55,993 nucleotides of DNA. Origin: Eubacteriales bacterium. Lineage in GTDB: Bacteria; Bacillota; Clostridia; Oscillospirales; CAG-272. A program made the position numbers and the translations under genes. The stretch covers positions 1 through 55,993 of the forward strand of contig JBMNUI010000004.1 in the NCBI GenBank assembly GCA_050946195.1, given 5' to 3'. Positions 34,650 through 44,759 of the stretch are shown one piece after another; position 1 is the first letter of the stretch; each line of letters starts with the position of its first letter. The notes under the pieces were generated by a model. The model was not told the DNA's origin and searched no databases. It saw only the letters and a program-made list of their open reading frames with translations.

Positions 34650-35732
34650 TTATTCTCCGACAACCTCAAAGCCCACCGGGCTTCCGGGGAGCCTGCGGCA
34701 GAGCTTTACCGTGCAGGTAAAGAGCCGCTCGGGGGGCGGCGTTCTGTCATTATAGGACATATAAAAATATCCGTCGCCAAGCGAGCACATTCCGGTCTGA
34801 CCATAGGGGTAGGTTGTTCCCCATATGCCGCTTTTCTCATGGAACACGCCCTCGGGCTTGAGCGAGAGCAGCAGGCCGCGCTCGCCGTCTCTGCCCTTCA
34901 GCTCACCCTCGCGCGGCGGTACCGAGCCGTCGATTATAAACATGGGGTAGTTGGGGAATTCGGACTTCTTCCCGACATAAACCGCTGCATACCAGTCGCC
35001 GGTGTAGGCATCGTATTCAAGATTCTGAATTCCCCAGGAGGTGTTTCCGGTAAACAGGAAATACTTTTTATCTGCCTCGGGTCCCGAGTGGTGCGGGTTA
35101 CTCTGCGTGAGCGGCTGTTCGTGTTTTTCAAAGGTGCGCCAGTCATACTGCAGAACAACCTGATGGTCGTTGCCGGCACGGTTCGGCTCGCCGTATATTC
35201 CGTAGGCGACCATTAGCATTTTGGGGCTGTCCTTTGCCGCGCCGAATACCGGGCCGAAGGAAATGCCGTCAATCCCCGAGCAGCCGTAGCGGTGGGGCAG
35301 GCCGTTCGGGTCGGCTGAGCTGTAGTCGCGGACAACCTCGCCGAGATACACTGCCGTCATTATTCCGTCGCGCTCGGCGTCCATGCCTACACGGTCGATT
35401 TTGTCAACGTCAAATATAGCCACATAAAAGGAGTCCTCCTCGGCGATAGTGACGCCGGTTTTTTTCATGACTCCCTTGCCTATGGAGTCGTGTTTCAGTT
35501 CAAGCGAGCCGTATACCCGCCGGTCGGCGTCGTTGAAGGCCAGGCAGCCGAGGTGTCCGTAAAGTCCGGTGACCGTGCCGACAACCCTGCCACAGAGGTC
35601 GGCCTTTACCAGCACGGTTGTGTACGAAAAGTATATATACTTCCTTTCGGTATCGACCGCAATTCCTTGAACATGTCCGTTTTTCCATGCCCCGCCGTCA
35701 ATTTCCCGCGGTAAATTCATCGGGTTTATCAT
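34650..35732 (-). CDS. Conserved hypothetical protein, probable beta-propeller
   Basis: Recurring blade-like motifs HVQGIAVD, HLGCLAFN, GIDGISFG, GIQNLEYD; RBS AAGGAG. Confidence 0.6.
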   Translation of the reverse strand: MINPMNLPREIDGGAWKNGHVQGIAVDTERKYIYFSYTTVLVKADLCGRVVGTVTGLYGHLGCLAFNDADRRVYGSLELKHDSIGKGVMKKTGVTIAEEDSFYVAIFDVDKIDRVGMDAERDGIMTAVYLGEVVRDYSSADPNGLPHRYGCSGIDGISFGPVFGAAKDSPKMLMVAYGIYGEPNRAGNDHQVVLQYDWRTFEKHEQPLTQSNPHHSGPEADKKYFLFTGNTSWGIQNLEYDAYTGDWYAAVYVGKKSEFPNYPMFIIDGSVPPREGELKGRDGERGLLLSLKPEGVFHEKSGIWGTTYPYGQTGMCSLGDGYFYMSYNDRTPPPERLFTCTVKLCRRLPGSPVGFEVVGE

Positions 35733-35829
35733 TTTTTGTTGTCTCCTTGGTAAGTAGAATTATTGGAATATATTATATCAGAAACCTGAAAAAATAAAAG
35801 TACCCCGGCACAAAAACCGTTTATTAAAT

Positions 35830-35864
35830 GAAAAGAGCGAACCCGCGCGGGGTCCGCTCTTTTC
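35830..35864 (-). terminator. Terminator after the M23 gene
   Basis: GAAAAGAGCG...CGCTCTTTTC inverted repeat. Confidence 0.75.
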
Positions 35865-35880
35865 GCCAAGCCGTGCCTTA

Positions 35881-36630
35881 TCAGCCCTCATAAACCTTGT
35901 CGACAGTGAGTGAGGCGATTGCCGTCTGGTCAAAATAATCAAGGGGATTGACCTGAACTCCGTTTATAGTCATTTCAAGGTGCAGGTGGGGTCCCTGGGC
36001 GACCTCAACCATTGCGCTCTCGCCCACAAATGCGATAAGCTGCCCGGCGCGCACAGATACCCCCTCGGCTATTCCCTCAGCCGGGGTCTTGCCGAGGTTG
36101 CGGTAAATTGTATAGGTGTCCTCGCCGTGCTTGATGGATATGCAGTAGCCCATTTTCACGTCCTCCCAGATCTGGGACACCACCCCGTCGGCCGCGGCGT
36201 AAACCGGCGCGTTGGCCTCGGTGGCGATGTCGACGCCGAGATGAACCCTGTAATCCCGCATGGTTATCGACCAGACCTGAAGCGACTCGTCATGGTATGC
36301 AACAAGTGTGCCGCTGCAGGGGAGCGCCAGCGTGATTACATCATCTCCGGTAGGCTCAGGCGTATTGTCCACAGGCTTGACGGTGGTTTCGGGCGCCTTT
36401 GTGGTATTTGGAGTTGTGGTCTCGGGCGCTTTCGTGGTTTCATGGCTGTCGGTGTATGAGGAGGTTATCCCGTCGGTCTCGGTTTCCGATCCCTTCTTTT
36501 TTGCCCTGTTTGCGGCAACCGTTATCGCGATGATGACGGCAAGCGCCACAAGCAGTGTGATGGCGGTGATGTAAACGGCACGGTTGGGCTTGAATTTTTT
36601 GAAGATTCTCTTCGGTTTGTTGTTGTCCAT
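35881..36630 (-). CDS. M23/LytM peptidase-domain membrane protein, clostridial SpoIIQ-like
   Basis: Basic N-terminus, one TM, Thr-rich linker, VWSITMRDYRVHLGVDI (HxxxD), PHLHLE (HxH), VNP. Confidence 0.8.
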   Translation of the reverse strand: MDNNKPKRIFKKFKPNRAVYITAITLLVALAVIIAITVAANRAKKKGSETETDGITSSYTDSHETTKAPETTTPNTTKAPETTVKPVDNTPEPTGDDVITLALPCSGTLVAYHDESLQVWSITMRDYRVHLGVDIATEANAPVYAAADGVVSQIWEDVKMGYCISIKHGEDTYTIYRNLGKTPAEGIAEGVSVRAGQLIAFVGESAMVEVAQGPHLHLEMTINGVQVNPLDYFDQTAIASLTVDKVYEG

Positions 36631-36863
36631 CGTTATTGCTCCTTTTGAGGTTTTCATCTATATTTTTGCCTTTTGAGGATTGTTTATTCAATTAATGTAA
36701 AAATAATCCGGATTTTTCGGCTTGCCGGCCCAAAATAAAAGCCCGTCGGGCAAAAGGCCTTCGGGCAGGACAAATCTCGCCAGTGCTTGTAATCAGGGGG
36801 CGTCTGATGTATAATAAATGCTGCAATTACTGCCCGCGCCTGCGGGCGGCACGGAGAGTTTAT

Positions 36864-38252
36864 ATGAAACACATCGATATAGCAGAGCTGCTCGGTTCAC
36901 CCGAGAAGTACTACGACAAGGACGTCACGGTCTGCGGCTGGGTGCGGAACCTCAGGGATTCGAGCAATGTCCGCTTTCTCGCCGTCAACGACGGCACGTC
37001 GCTTGCCCCGATACAGATTGTAATTGATAAGACCAGACTTGCCCCCGAGGCGCACGAGGCGATAAACAGCATCGGCTGCTCGCTCATGGTCAAAGGCAAA
37101 GCGGTGATTCCTGGCGGCGGCAGGGAAAAAATCGAAATCAGCGCCGATTCGCTGACCCTGCTCGGTGCCTGCCCTGCAGACGAGTATCCGATTCAGCCCA
37201 AACGCCACACTATGGAGTTTCTCCGCACCCTGCCTCACCTGCGTGTGAGAACCAATATATTCAACGCCATGCTGCGGGTGCGCTCCGAGCTCTCGGCGGC
37301 GATTCATAAATACTTCGGAGACCGGGGATATGTCTACATCCACACTCCGATAATTACCGGCAGCGACTGCGAGGGCGCCGGCGAGATGTTCAGGGTGACC
37401 ACCCAGCCTTGGGATGCCGCCTATGATTCTGCCGAGGCCTACTTTGCCGACGATTTCTTCGGCAAAAAAGCCGGACTTACGGTTTCAGGCCAGCTTGAGG
37501 GCGAGGTTGCGGCTATGGCTATGGGGAAAATCTATACCTTCGGCCCGACCTTCCGCGCCGAATACTCCTTCACGCCGCGCCATGCCGCCGAATTCTGGCA
37601 GGTCGAGCCCGAGGTGGCTTTCGCCGAGCTTGATGACATCATCGAGATTGCCGAGGAGATGATTAAGTTCATCATCGCGCGGGTCATGGAGAGATGTCCC
37701 GCCGAGATGCAGTTCTTCGACAAGTTCGTTCAACACGGCTTAATCGAAAAGCTCAACAATGTGGTGAACAACAAATTTGATATTATAACCTACACCGACG
37801 CTGTTGAAATTCTTAAAAAGTCGGGGCGTAAATTTAATTACCCTGACGGGTGGGGGCTTGACCTGCAGACCGAGCACGAGAGGTATATTGCCGAGGAGGT
37901 CTGCGGCCGCCCGGTGTTCATCACCCACTACCCCAAGCAAATAAAAGCCTTCTACATGAAGCAGAACCCCGACGGGAAAACCGTCGCCGCAACCGATCTC
38001 TTGGTGCCGGGTGTGGGCGAAATTATCGGCTGCAGCGAGCGCGAAGCTGACTATAACAAACTGCTCGCCGCCATGACCGAGCGGAAAATGAAAATCGAGG
38101 ATTATAAGCATTACCTTGACCTGCGGCGTTTCGGCAGCGTGCCGCACAGCGGCTTTGGTTTGGGACTTGAACGCATGCTGATGTATATCACCGGTATCGA
38201 AAACATCCGCGACGTGATTCTCTACCCGCGAACCGCCAAGGACTTAAAATAA
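36864..38252 (+). CDS. asnS: Asparagine--tRNA ligase
   Basis: GWVRN, HLRVRTN, GSDCEGAGEMF, LTVSGQL, FGPTFRAE, RHAAEFW, DLQTEHER, PHSGFGLGLER. Confidence 0.96.
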   Translation: MKHIDIAELLGSPEKYYDKDVTVCGWVRNLRDSSNVRFLAVNDGTSLAPIQIVIDKTRLAPEAHEAINSIGCSLMVKGKAVIPGGGREKIEISADSLTLLGACPADEYPIQPKRHTMEFLRTLPHLRVRTNIFNAMLRVRSELSAAIHKYFGDRGYVYIHTPIITGSDCEGAGEMFRVTTQPWDAAYDSAEAYFADDFFGKKAGLTVSGQLEGEVAAMAMGKIYTFGPTFRAEYSFTPRHAAEFWQVEPEVAFAELDDIIEIAEEMIKFIIARVMERCPAEMQFFDKFVQHGLIEKLNNVVNNKFDIITYTDAVEILKKSGRKFNYPDGWGLDLQTEHERYIAEEVCGRPVFITHYPKQIKAFYMKQNPDGKTVAATDLLVPGVGEIIGCSEREADYNKLLAAMTERKMKIEDYKHYLDLRRFGSVPHSGFGLGLERMLMYITGIENIRDVILYPRTAKDLK

Positions 38253-38274
38253 TTATACGGAGGCGGGGCCCCCT

Positions 38275-38303
38275 AAAAAAGGTCTGCGGGAACTGCAGAC
38301 CTT
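38275..38303. terminator. Hairpin between convergent asnS and kinase genes
   Basis: AAAAAAGGTCTGC...GCAGACCTT. Confidence 0.65.
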
Positions 38304-39231
38304 AGTATTTGCCATATGTTTTGATGAAATTATCTTTAAAATCATCTGAGATCTCATCCCCGGCGGTGTATACCGCCTCAACCGCGGCGCCGAAAACCGG
38401 AGGCGTGTCGCTGACAAGCAGGCCGATTCTGTCGGGTACAAGTCCGCACAGCGCGGCCGAATACTCGGGATAGTTTCTGAACATTCCACCGCCCAGAACC
38501 ACCGTGAAAGTGCCGTCAAGCCTTTTGCCCGCTGCGCAAATCATTTTGGCAATGCAGCCGACGTTCCGGTTCATGATCTCAAGGCTCACCCTGTCGCCCA
38601 GCCGGCAGCCCTCAAACACCGTAGCTGCAAACGAGGCGACATACGAGGTTCCGCCTTCATAGAGTCTTGCTATCATATCCTTTGGGTGTCCGCCCAGTCT
38701 TGAGCTCACAAGTTTGGTCAGCGCGGTTTCGGGTCCCTGCCCGTCATGCTCGTGCAAAACCGCGGCAATTGCGTCGCGGCCGAGGTTGTAACCGCTGCCC
38801 CCGGAGTCAAACATATATCCCCAGCCGCCGACCTGATAAAGCTCGCCCCCGCGCCGCACAAAACAGGCGGTCCCGGTGCCGGCTATCACGCAGCCGCCGT
38901 CGGCACGGTAAAGCCCGCCGGTGAGCATGGGAACGGCGTCCGAACCGACACGAAGGGCGGAGATACTCGTTTTCCCGCGCAAAAAGTCGGTAAAGCTGCT
39001 GCCGAACCCGACCGCCCCGGCAAGTCCCGCAAAGATCCCCGAGACCTCGCCGGGTGATTTTTCGCACAGTTCATGTATAATATCAACTAGGAGTTCTTTG
39101 GTCTTGTCGGCGCCGATAAAGTTGGGGTTGCCACCGCCGTATGTCCTGCGAAAGACGACACGCCCGGTGCCGTCCACTAAAACCGAGTCGGTTTTGGTCC
39201 CTCCCGAATCTATTCCGATATAGTATTTCAT
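38302..39231 (-). CDS. BadF/BadG/BcrA/BcrD-family ATPase (N-acetylglucosamine/MurNAc kinase-like)
   Basis: IGIDSGGTKT, AGLAG, IAGTGT, GGWGYMFDSGGSG, LGGG. Confidence 0.88.
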   Translation of the reverse strand: MKYYIGIDSGGTKTDSVLVDGTGRVVFRRTYGGGNPNFIGADKTKELLVDIIHELCEKSPGEVSGIFAGLAGAVGFGSSFTDFLRGKTSISALRVGSDAVPMLTGGLYRADGGCVIAGTGTACFVRRGGELYQVGGWGYMFDSGGSGYNLGRDAIAAVLHEHDGQGPETALTKLVSSRLGGHPKDMIARLYEGGTSYVASFAATVFEGCRLGDRVSLEIMNRNVGCIAKMICAAGKRLDGTFTVVLGGGMFRNYPEYSAALCGLVPDRIGLLVSDTPPVFGAAVEAVYTAGDEISDDFKDNFIKTYGKY

Positions 39232-39330
39232 TCGAGTTACCTCCGGGTGGCAGTTGCATCAAGTATATCATACCGGAATGGCCGCTTCAATACGGCAATG
39301 CAAATAAAGGAAAGAAAATCCCGCCTCCGG

Positions 39331-39360
39331 TTGACAGTATTTGTCCGTGAGTGATATAAT
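39331..39360 (+). promoter_or_regulatory. sigma-A promoter of the SGNH-SGNH-mrnC unit
   Basis: TTGACA-N18-TATAAT with extended TG. Confidence 0.7.
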
Positions 39361-39398
39361 TAATTGGCAAAAGTATAAAAAACCGAAAGGAAAAGACA

Positions 39399-40424
39399 AT
39401 GGCACCCGAAATCGAGTTTTTTGATGTCCGCGAGGAGCCCTTTGAGATATACGGGCTCCTTGAGCCCAAGGTCGGCCCCCTGTTCAGAAGGCTTCCCGAC
39501 TCACTCGGCATAATCCTAAACAAAAAAGCAAAGGAAAACTATCTATGCACCGCCGGCGGGCGGGTGAGGTTTTCGGCCTGCACCGGACAGGTTGCAATCA
39601 AAGTGACGCTGCCGGAAATCAGGGAATACGACCATATGCCTTTGACAAACGTCTCCGGGTTTGACCTGTATGTCGACACCGAGGGCGACAGCCGGTTTTA
39701 CCGCTCCTTCAGGCCGGGCAGGCCTGCCACCGAATATGAGGCGGTTTTAAGGCTCCCTGACAGCAGGCCGCGGTATTTTACAATCAATTTCCCGCCCTAT
39801 AGTCCTGTAAGCAGCCTTTATGTGGGGCTGGACGCGGGGGTAAAGCCGGGTCCGGGGCTGAAGTACCGCTCGCCCCTGCCGGTTGTGTATTACGGCAGCT
39901 CGATAACCCAGGGAGCCTGTGCCTCGCACCCCGGAAACACATATCCCGCAATTATCAGCCGGAGGATGAACCTTGACTACCTGAATTTCGGCTTTTCGGG
40001 TGGCGCTCTCGGCGAGGAGGAGATTGCGAGGCATCTTGCATCGCTCGATATGCTGGCCTTTATCTCTGATTACGACCACAACGCGCCGAACGCCGGGCAT
40101 CTTGCCAAAACCCATTTTCGGCTGTACAGCATTATCAGGGAACGCCACCCCGATATTCCGTATATCATGCTCTCGCGCCCCGGTTTTACCTATAATATCA
40201 GCGATAGCATCGCCCGGCGCGACGTGATAATAGACACATACAGGCGTGCCCGGGAGCTGGGCGACAAAAACGTTTATTACATTGACGGCGAGGGCATATT
40301 CCGCGGGCCGGATGAGGACCTATGCACTGTCGACGGAACCCATCCGACCGACGTCGGTTTTCTCAAAATTGCCGACGCCCTGCACCGGATTCTGGTCCGC
40401 GCCCTGAGAAATTGCAGTTTCTGA
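39399..40424 (+). CDS. SGNH/GDSL hydrolase (esterase), paralogue 1
   Basis: GGRVRF, YGSSITQG, NFGFSG, DYDHN, DGTHP. Confidence 0.9.
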   Translation: MAPEIEFFDVREEPFEIYGLLEPKVGPLFRRLPDSLGIILNKKAKENYLCTAGGRVRFSACTGQVAIKVTLPEIREYDHMPLTNVSGFDLYVDTEGDSRFYRSFRPGRPATEYEAVLRLPDSRPRYFTINFPPYSPVSSLYVGLDAGVKPGPGLKYRSPLPVVYYGSSITQGACASHPGNTYPAIISRRMNLDYLNFGFSGGALGEEEIARHLASLDMLAFISDYDHNAPNAGHLAKTHFRLYSIIRERHPDIPYIMLSRPGFTYNISDSIARRDVIIDTYRRARELGDKNVYYIDGEGIFRGPDEDLCTVDGTHPTDVGFLKIADALHRILVRALRNCSF

Positions 40425-40475
40425 GGCTTGGTCCGGGTTGCAATCACCACAATTAAATTAAATGAGGAATAAGTC

Positions 40476-41576
40476 ATGAGCACTGAAGACATAAAAAAAG
40501 AAGCCTATGTCGAGGTCGACCGCAACATGCTGGTCGAGACCACAATAAAGGAGCCTGATATTGTCTTTTATGATGTGAGAAAACCCCCGTTTGAGCTCTA
40601 CGGGTTTTACGACCCGTACGGGCAGGAATACTTCCGCCGGCTGCCGCATAAGGTCGCCGAGGCGACCAGCCCGGGGGTTGCAAAGCTGGCTCGCGAGTCG
40701 ACCGGAGGCCGCGTCCGCTTTTCAACAGACTCGTCATATATTGCAATAAAGGTTGAGTTGGGGCCATATAAGCGCAGCCCGCATATGTCGCTCTGCAACA
40801 CCGCCGGGTTTGACCTTTACGAGGACACCGCCGCCGACAGCCGGTTTATAAAGCCCTTTTTGCCACCCTATAATTCTGAGCATGACTACGAGCAGATAAT
40901 TCAGCTCGGCTCGCGCAAAATGCGCAGCTTCACCATAAATTTCCCGGTTCACGCGCTGGTAAAGAACCTTTATATCGGCCTGCAGGCCGACGCTGCGCTC
41001 GACAAGGGCAAAAAATACTCAAACAGCGAGCCTGTTGTCTTTTACGGCAGCTCTATCGTGCACGGTACCGCCGCCTCGCGGCCGGGACTGACCTACGAGA
41101 ACATCATATCGCGCAGGCTCAACCTTGATTACATCAACCTCGGCTTTTCGGGCAATGCCAAGGGGGAGCCGGTGCTTATCGAGTATATCTCAGGGCTCAA
41201 AATGTCGATTTTTGTCTGCGACTACGACCACAACGCGCCCGACGCCGAGTTTTTGCGCGCCACGCACCAGAATGTCTACGATATTTTCCGGAAAAAGCAG
41301 CCCGACACGCCGTTTATTATGATTTCGCGGCCGAATGTGGCTACAAACCCGAAACAGTTTGCCGAGCGGCGCGACGTAATAATCGATACCTTCCGCCATG
41401 CCCTCTCGCTCGGGGACAAAAACGTGTATTACATTGACGGCGAAACCTTTTTCCTCGGCAAGTACGAAAACGAGTGCACAATGGACGGCGTGCATCCCAA
41501 CGACCTCGGGTTTACGCTTATGGCCGACGGTATTGAGAGCACAATCCGTCGCATACTCGGCAGGGACTGCATATGA
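40476..41576 (+). CDS. SGNH/GDSL hydrolase (esterase), paralogue 2
   Basis: GGRVRF, YGSSIVHG, NLGFSGNA, DYDHN, DGVHP. Confidence 0.9.
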   Translation: MSTEDIKKEAYVEVDRNMLVETTIKEPDIVFYDVRKPPFELYGFYDPYGQEYFRRLPHKVAEATSPGVAKLARESTGGRVRFSTDSSYIAIKVELGPYKRSPHMSLCNTAGFDLYEDTAADSRFIKPFLPPYNSEHDYEQIIQLGSRKMRSFTINFPVHALVKNLYIGLQADAALDKGKKYSNSEPVVFYGSSIVHGTAASRPGLTYENIISRRLNLDYINLGFSGNAKGEPVLIEYISGLKMSIFVCDYDHNAPDAEFLRATHQNVYDIFRKKQPDTPFIMISRPNVATNPKQFAERRDVIIDTFRHALSLGDKNVYYIDGETFFLGKYENECTMDGVHPNDLGFTLMADGIESTIRRILGRDCI

Positions 41577-41947
41577 GAGCGGCCGAGTCTGCCGATGCCT
41601 CGGCACTTGCGTATCTCGGAGATGCGGTTGTTGAGCTTTGGGTGCGCGAGCGGCTGCTCCAGGCCGGGGTGTGCGGTCCGCACGAACTTCACGAGCAGGC
41701 CAAGAGATATGTCGCGGCCCCCGCGCAGGCCGCGGCGATGAAGCGGATACTCCCGCTCCTTAGTGATGAGGAGAACATGGTGTTCCACCGCGGGCGGAAT
41801 GCCGGGCATACCAGCCTGCCGAAGAACGCCACCGCCGCAGAATACCGCGCGGCCTCGGGCATGGAGGCGCTTTTCGGCTGGCTCTACCTGTCGGGGCGCG
41901 GTGAGAGGATTTCAGAACTGCTCGAGGCGGGATATAAAAGTATTTAA
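41573..41947 (+). CDS. mrnC: Mini-ribonuclease III
   Basis: LAYLGDAV.EL.VR, YVAA.AQA, RGRNA, EYRAASG.EAL.GWLYL; no dsRBD. Confidence 0.92.
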   Translation: MRAAESADASALAYLGDAVVELWVRERLLQAGVCGPHELHEQAKRYVAAPAQAAAMKRILPLLSDEENMVFHRGRNAGHTSLPKNATAAEYRAASGMEALFGWLYLSGRGERISELLEAGYKSI

Positions 41948-41959
41948 GAGGAAAAAGTA

Positions 41960-41990
41960 TAATACCCGGGGCACACCCGGGTATTTATTT
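41960..41990 (+). terminator. Terminator after mrnC
   Basis: AATACCCGGG-gcaca-CCCGGGTATTTATTT; second hairpin CAGCCGCGGG...CCCGCGGCTG at 41999-42025. Confidence 0.7.
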
Positions 41991-42052
41991 AAATATTTCA
42001 GCCGCGGGTAGCAAGCCCGCGGCTGTCGTTGTATATTAGGGTGAGATTTTAT

Positions 42053-42140
42053 AGTTTTTTGAGGATTCTTAAAAAAGTTCCTTGAGCGGGGGTTCGGGGG
42101 CGGCGCCCCCGTAAATGAGGCGTGGTGCGAAACCCCGCAA
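42053..42140 (-). repeat. Dispersed palindromic repeat, copy 6 (internally deleted), immediately after the ftsH stop
   Basis: Minus strand: degenerate module GCGGGGTTTCGCACCACGCCTC, then CGGGGGCGCCGCCCCCGAACCCCCG-CTCAAGGAACTTTTTT-AAGAATCCTCAAAAAACT. Confidence 0.85.
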
Positions 42141-42141
42141 A

Positions 42142-44166
42142 TTAATACTGCGTCTTGTCGGGCGGAGGGGTGTTCTGCCCGGTATTTTCGGCATCACTGC
42201 CGCCCAGAGCCTGCTGTTCGGCGTCGAGTCGGGCTTTTTCGCGGTTAGCTTCGGCCCGCTTGCGCTTTTTCTCGGCGGCGATTGCCTCGAGTTCCTCGAA
42301 TGTCGGGTTGCCTTCCATAGCGCATTTAAACTGGTCGCCGTCCATAACCTCGTATTTAATGAGGAACTCGGCTATGAATTTGAGCTTTTCGATATTTTCG
42401 GTCAAAAGCTTTTTGGCGAGCTCGTAGGCTTCGGTGATAATGCGGTGGATTTCGGAGTCAATTTGCGCGGCAACGGCCTCGGAGACATTGTTGGTATCGA
42501 CAAACGATCTGCCCAGGAAGACCTCACCGCGGGTGTTTGAGTAATTAATCGGCCCGACAAGGTCGCTCATACCGAGCTGCGTCACCATCCGGCGCGCTAT
42601 ATCGGTGGCCCTTTCGATGTCGTTTGCTGCGCCGCCCGAGAAGTTGCCGAACATAATCTCCTCGGCTGTCCTGCCTCCGAGCAATTCGCAGATGCGCTCC
42701 TGTAGTTCATCGCGGTATACGCTGAACCTGTCCTCCTCGGGCACAGTTAGGGTAAAACCGAGCGCTCTGCCTCTGGGAATTATGGTTATATGGCGTACCG
42801 GGTCAAGGTGGGGCAGCAGGTAGGCGAGAATGGCATGGCCGGCTTCGTGGAAGGCGGTATTGCGCTTTTCGGCCTCGCTCATGCGCCGCGACTTTTTCTT
42901 GGAACCCGCCAGCACCTTAATGAAGGCGTCCTCAATGTCAGTGCTATCTATCAGGTTCTTGTTCCGGCGGGCGGCAAGCAGCGCCGCTTCGTTGAGCAGG
43001 TTTTCAAGGTCGGCGCCGGTAAACCCGACGGTGCTCTGCGCTACCCTTACCAGGTCGACATCGGGGCCGATCGGCTTGTTGCGGGCATGAACCTTCAGGA
43101 TCTCCTCGCGCCCCTTTATGTCGGGGTAATTCATCATCACCTGCCGGTCAAAGCGCCCGGGGCGGAGCAGAGCGGGGTCGAGTATGTCGGGGCGGTTGGT
43201 CGCGGCGATCACTATAATACCGTCGTTGGTGCCGAATCCGTCCATTTCGACCAAAAGCTGGTTCAATGTCTGCTCGCGCTCGTCGTGTCCGCCGCCGAGA
43301 CCCGCGCCGCGGTGTCGCCCGACGGCGTCAATTTCATCTATGAATACTATCGAGGCCGGTGCTTTGCGGGCGGTCTCAAAAAGGTCGCGCACGCGCGAGG
43401 CGCCGACGCCGACATACATCTCGACAAAGTCGGAGCCGGATATCGAGAAGAAGGGAACCCCGGCCTCGCCGGCGACCGCCTTGGCTAACAGTGTCTTGCC
43501 GGTTCCCGGGGGGCCGACTAAAAGCACGCCGTGGGGAATTTTCGCGCCGAGCCTCGAAAACTTCGCGGGATCCTTGAGGTAGGCCACGATTTCCTCAAGC
43601 TCGGCCTTCTCCTCATCCGCGCCGGCCACGTCCTTGAAGGTCTTGCGGTCCTTGTCGTTGGGGTTCGGCATCTTGACTCTTGCCTTGCCGAAGGAGCTGA
43701 TTTTGCCCCTCCCGCCGGCAGCCTGGTTGAGCGCGTAAAACCAAAGGGCGACAAAGACAATAAGCACAATGACATAGGGCAGGAAACTGACCCACCACGG
43801 CCATACGGTCGGCGGCTCAAAATCATATGACTCAAGGTTTTCATTATTGATATAGTATTCCGACAGGTCGGTGTGGAAGAGCTCAAGGCTCTGCAGCCGG
43901 TAGCTGACCAACTTGGTAGAATTGATGATTTTTCCGTTGGAGTCATAAATAAATTCGCCGTCCTTGCCGAGGTCGTATACCTCCATCTCAAGGTAGTTGG
44001 TGTTTGAAACGGTAAACGATTTCACCTGGTCGTTCTTGAAGTACTCAACGATGTCGGCGTATTTTACCGGCTCGACCTCGGTAAATGAAAAGAAGTGAGA
44101 TACGACCAGTATTATGACAACTATGACGGCAAGATAAACCAATATTGTTTTGACGGTACTTTTCAT
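42142..44166 (-). CDS. ftsH: ATP-dependent zinc metalloprotease FtsH
   Basis: Two TM; [38 protein letters not shown]. Confidence 0.98.
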   Translation of the reverse strand: MKSTVKTILVYLAVIVVIILVVSHFFSFTEVEPVKYADIVEYFKNDQVKSFTVSNTNYLEMEVYDLGKDGEFIYDSNGKIINSTKLVSYRLQSLELFHTDLSEYYINNENLESYDFEPPTVWPWWVSFLPYVIVLIVFVALWFYALNQAAGGRGKISSFGKARVKMPNPNDKDRKTFKDVAGADEEKAELEEIVAYLKDPAKFSRLGAKIPHGVLLVGPPGTGKTLLAKAVAGEAGVPFFSISGSDFVEMYVGVGASRVRDLFETARKAPASIVFIDEIDAVGRHRGAGLGGGHDEREQTLNQLLVEMDGFGTNDGIIVIAATNRPDILDPALLRPGRFDRQVMMNYPDIKGREEILKVHARNKPIGPDVDLVRVAQSTVGFTGADLENLLNEAALLAARRNKNLIDSTDIEDAFIKVLAGSKKKSRRMSEAEKRNTAFHEAGHAILAYLLPHLDPVRHITIIPRGRALGFTLTVPEEDRFSVYRDELQERICELLGGRTAEEIMFGNFSGGAANDIERATDIARRMVTQLGMSDLVGPINYSNTRGEVFLGRSFVDTNNVSEAVAAQIDSEIHRIITEAYELAKKLLTENIEKLKFIAEFLIKYEVMDGDQFKCAMEGNPTFEELEAIAAEKKRKRAEANREKARLDAEQQALGGSDAENTGQNTPPPDKTQY

Positions 44167-44759
44167 TTTTTTGTTGGGTTCCCTTTCATAATTGACATTG
44201 ACGGTCTTGCGGGGGCGCCGTATATTTCGGACTTCAGCACCCCGACATAAGGCAGGTTGCGGTATCTTTCATTATAGTCAAGCCCGAATCCCACCACGAA
44301 TTCATCCGGGATAACGGTCCCGGTGTAGTCGGGCTCAAAAGGGACTTCACGGCGCTCGGGCTTGTCGAGCAGCGTGCAGGACCTGACGCTGCGCGCTCCG
44401 CGCTCAAGCAGCAGTTTTGTGAGGCTGCTGAGTGTGCGGCCGCTGTCGATAATGTCCTCGACAATCAACAGGTCAAGTTCCGAGATATCGGGACGGTAAA
44501 AGTCAAGCAGTATTCTGACATTCCCGGAGCTTACGCTCCCCGAACCGTATGAGGATACCCTCATGAACTCGATTTCGGCGGGTATTTTCAGCGCAGACAT
44601 GAGGGCCGCGGCAAACATAACCGAACCTTTAAGGATTGATATCAGCACAAGGCGCTTATCGGGTGCCGAATAATCACGCTCAATCTCGGCGGCCAGCCGG
44701 GCTATTATCCGGTTAAGTTCCTTTTGGCTTATCAGGACGCTTTCTATATCACTGTTCAT
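44163..44759 (-). CDS. hpt: Hypoxanthine phosphoribosyltransferase
   Basis: ILKGS, VSSYG, IVEDIIDSGRTL, LLDKP, FVVGFGLDYNE.YRNLP. Confidence 0.96.
   Translation of the reverse strand: MNSDIESVLISQKELNRIIARLAAEIERDYSAPDKRLVLISILKGSVMFAAALMSALKIPAEIEFMRVSSYGSGSVSSGNVRILLDFYRPDISELDLLIVEDIIDSGRTLSSLTKLLLERGARSVRSCTLLDKPERREVPFEPDYTGTVIPDEFVVGFGLDYNERYRNLPYVGVLKSEIYGAPARPSMSIMKGNPTKK

Noticed and set aside
36690-36863. T-box leader upstream of asnS
   Set aside because: No GGTGGNACC T-box motif and the leader is too short.
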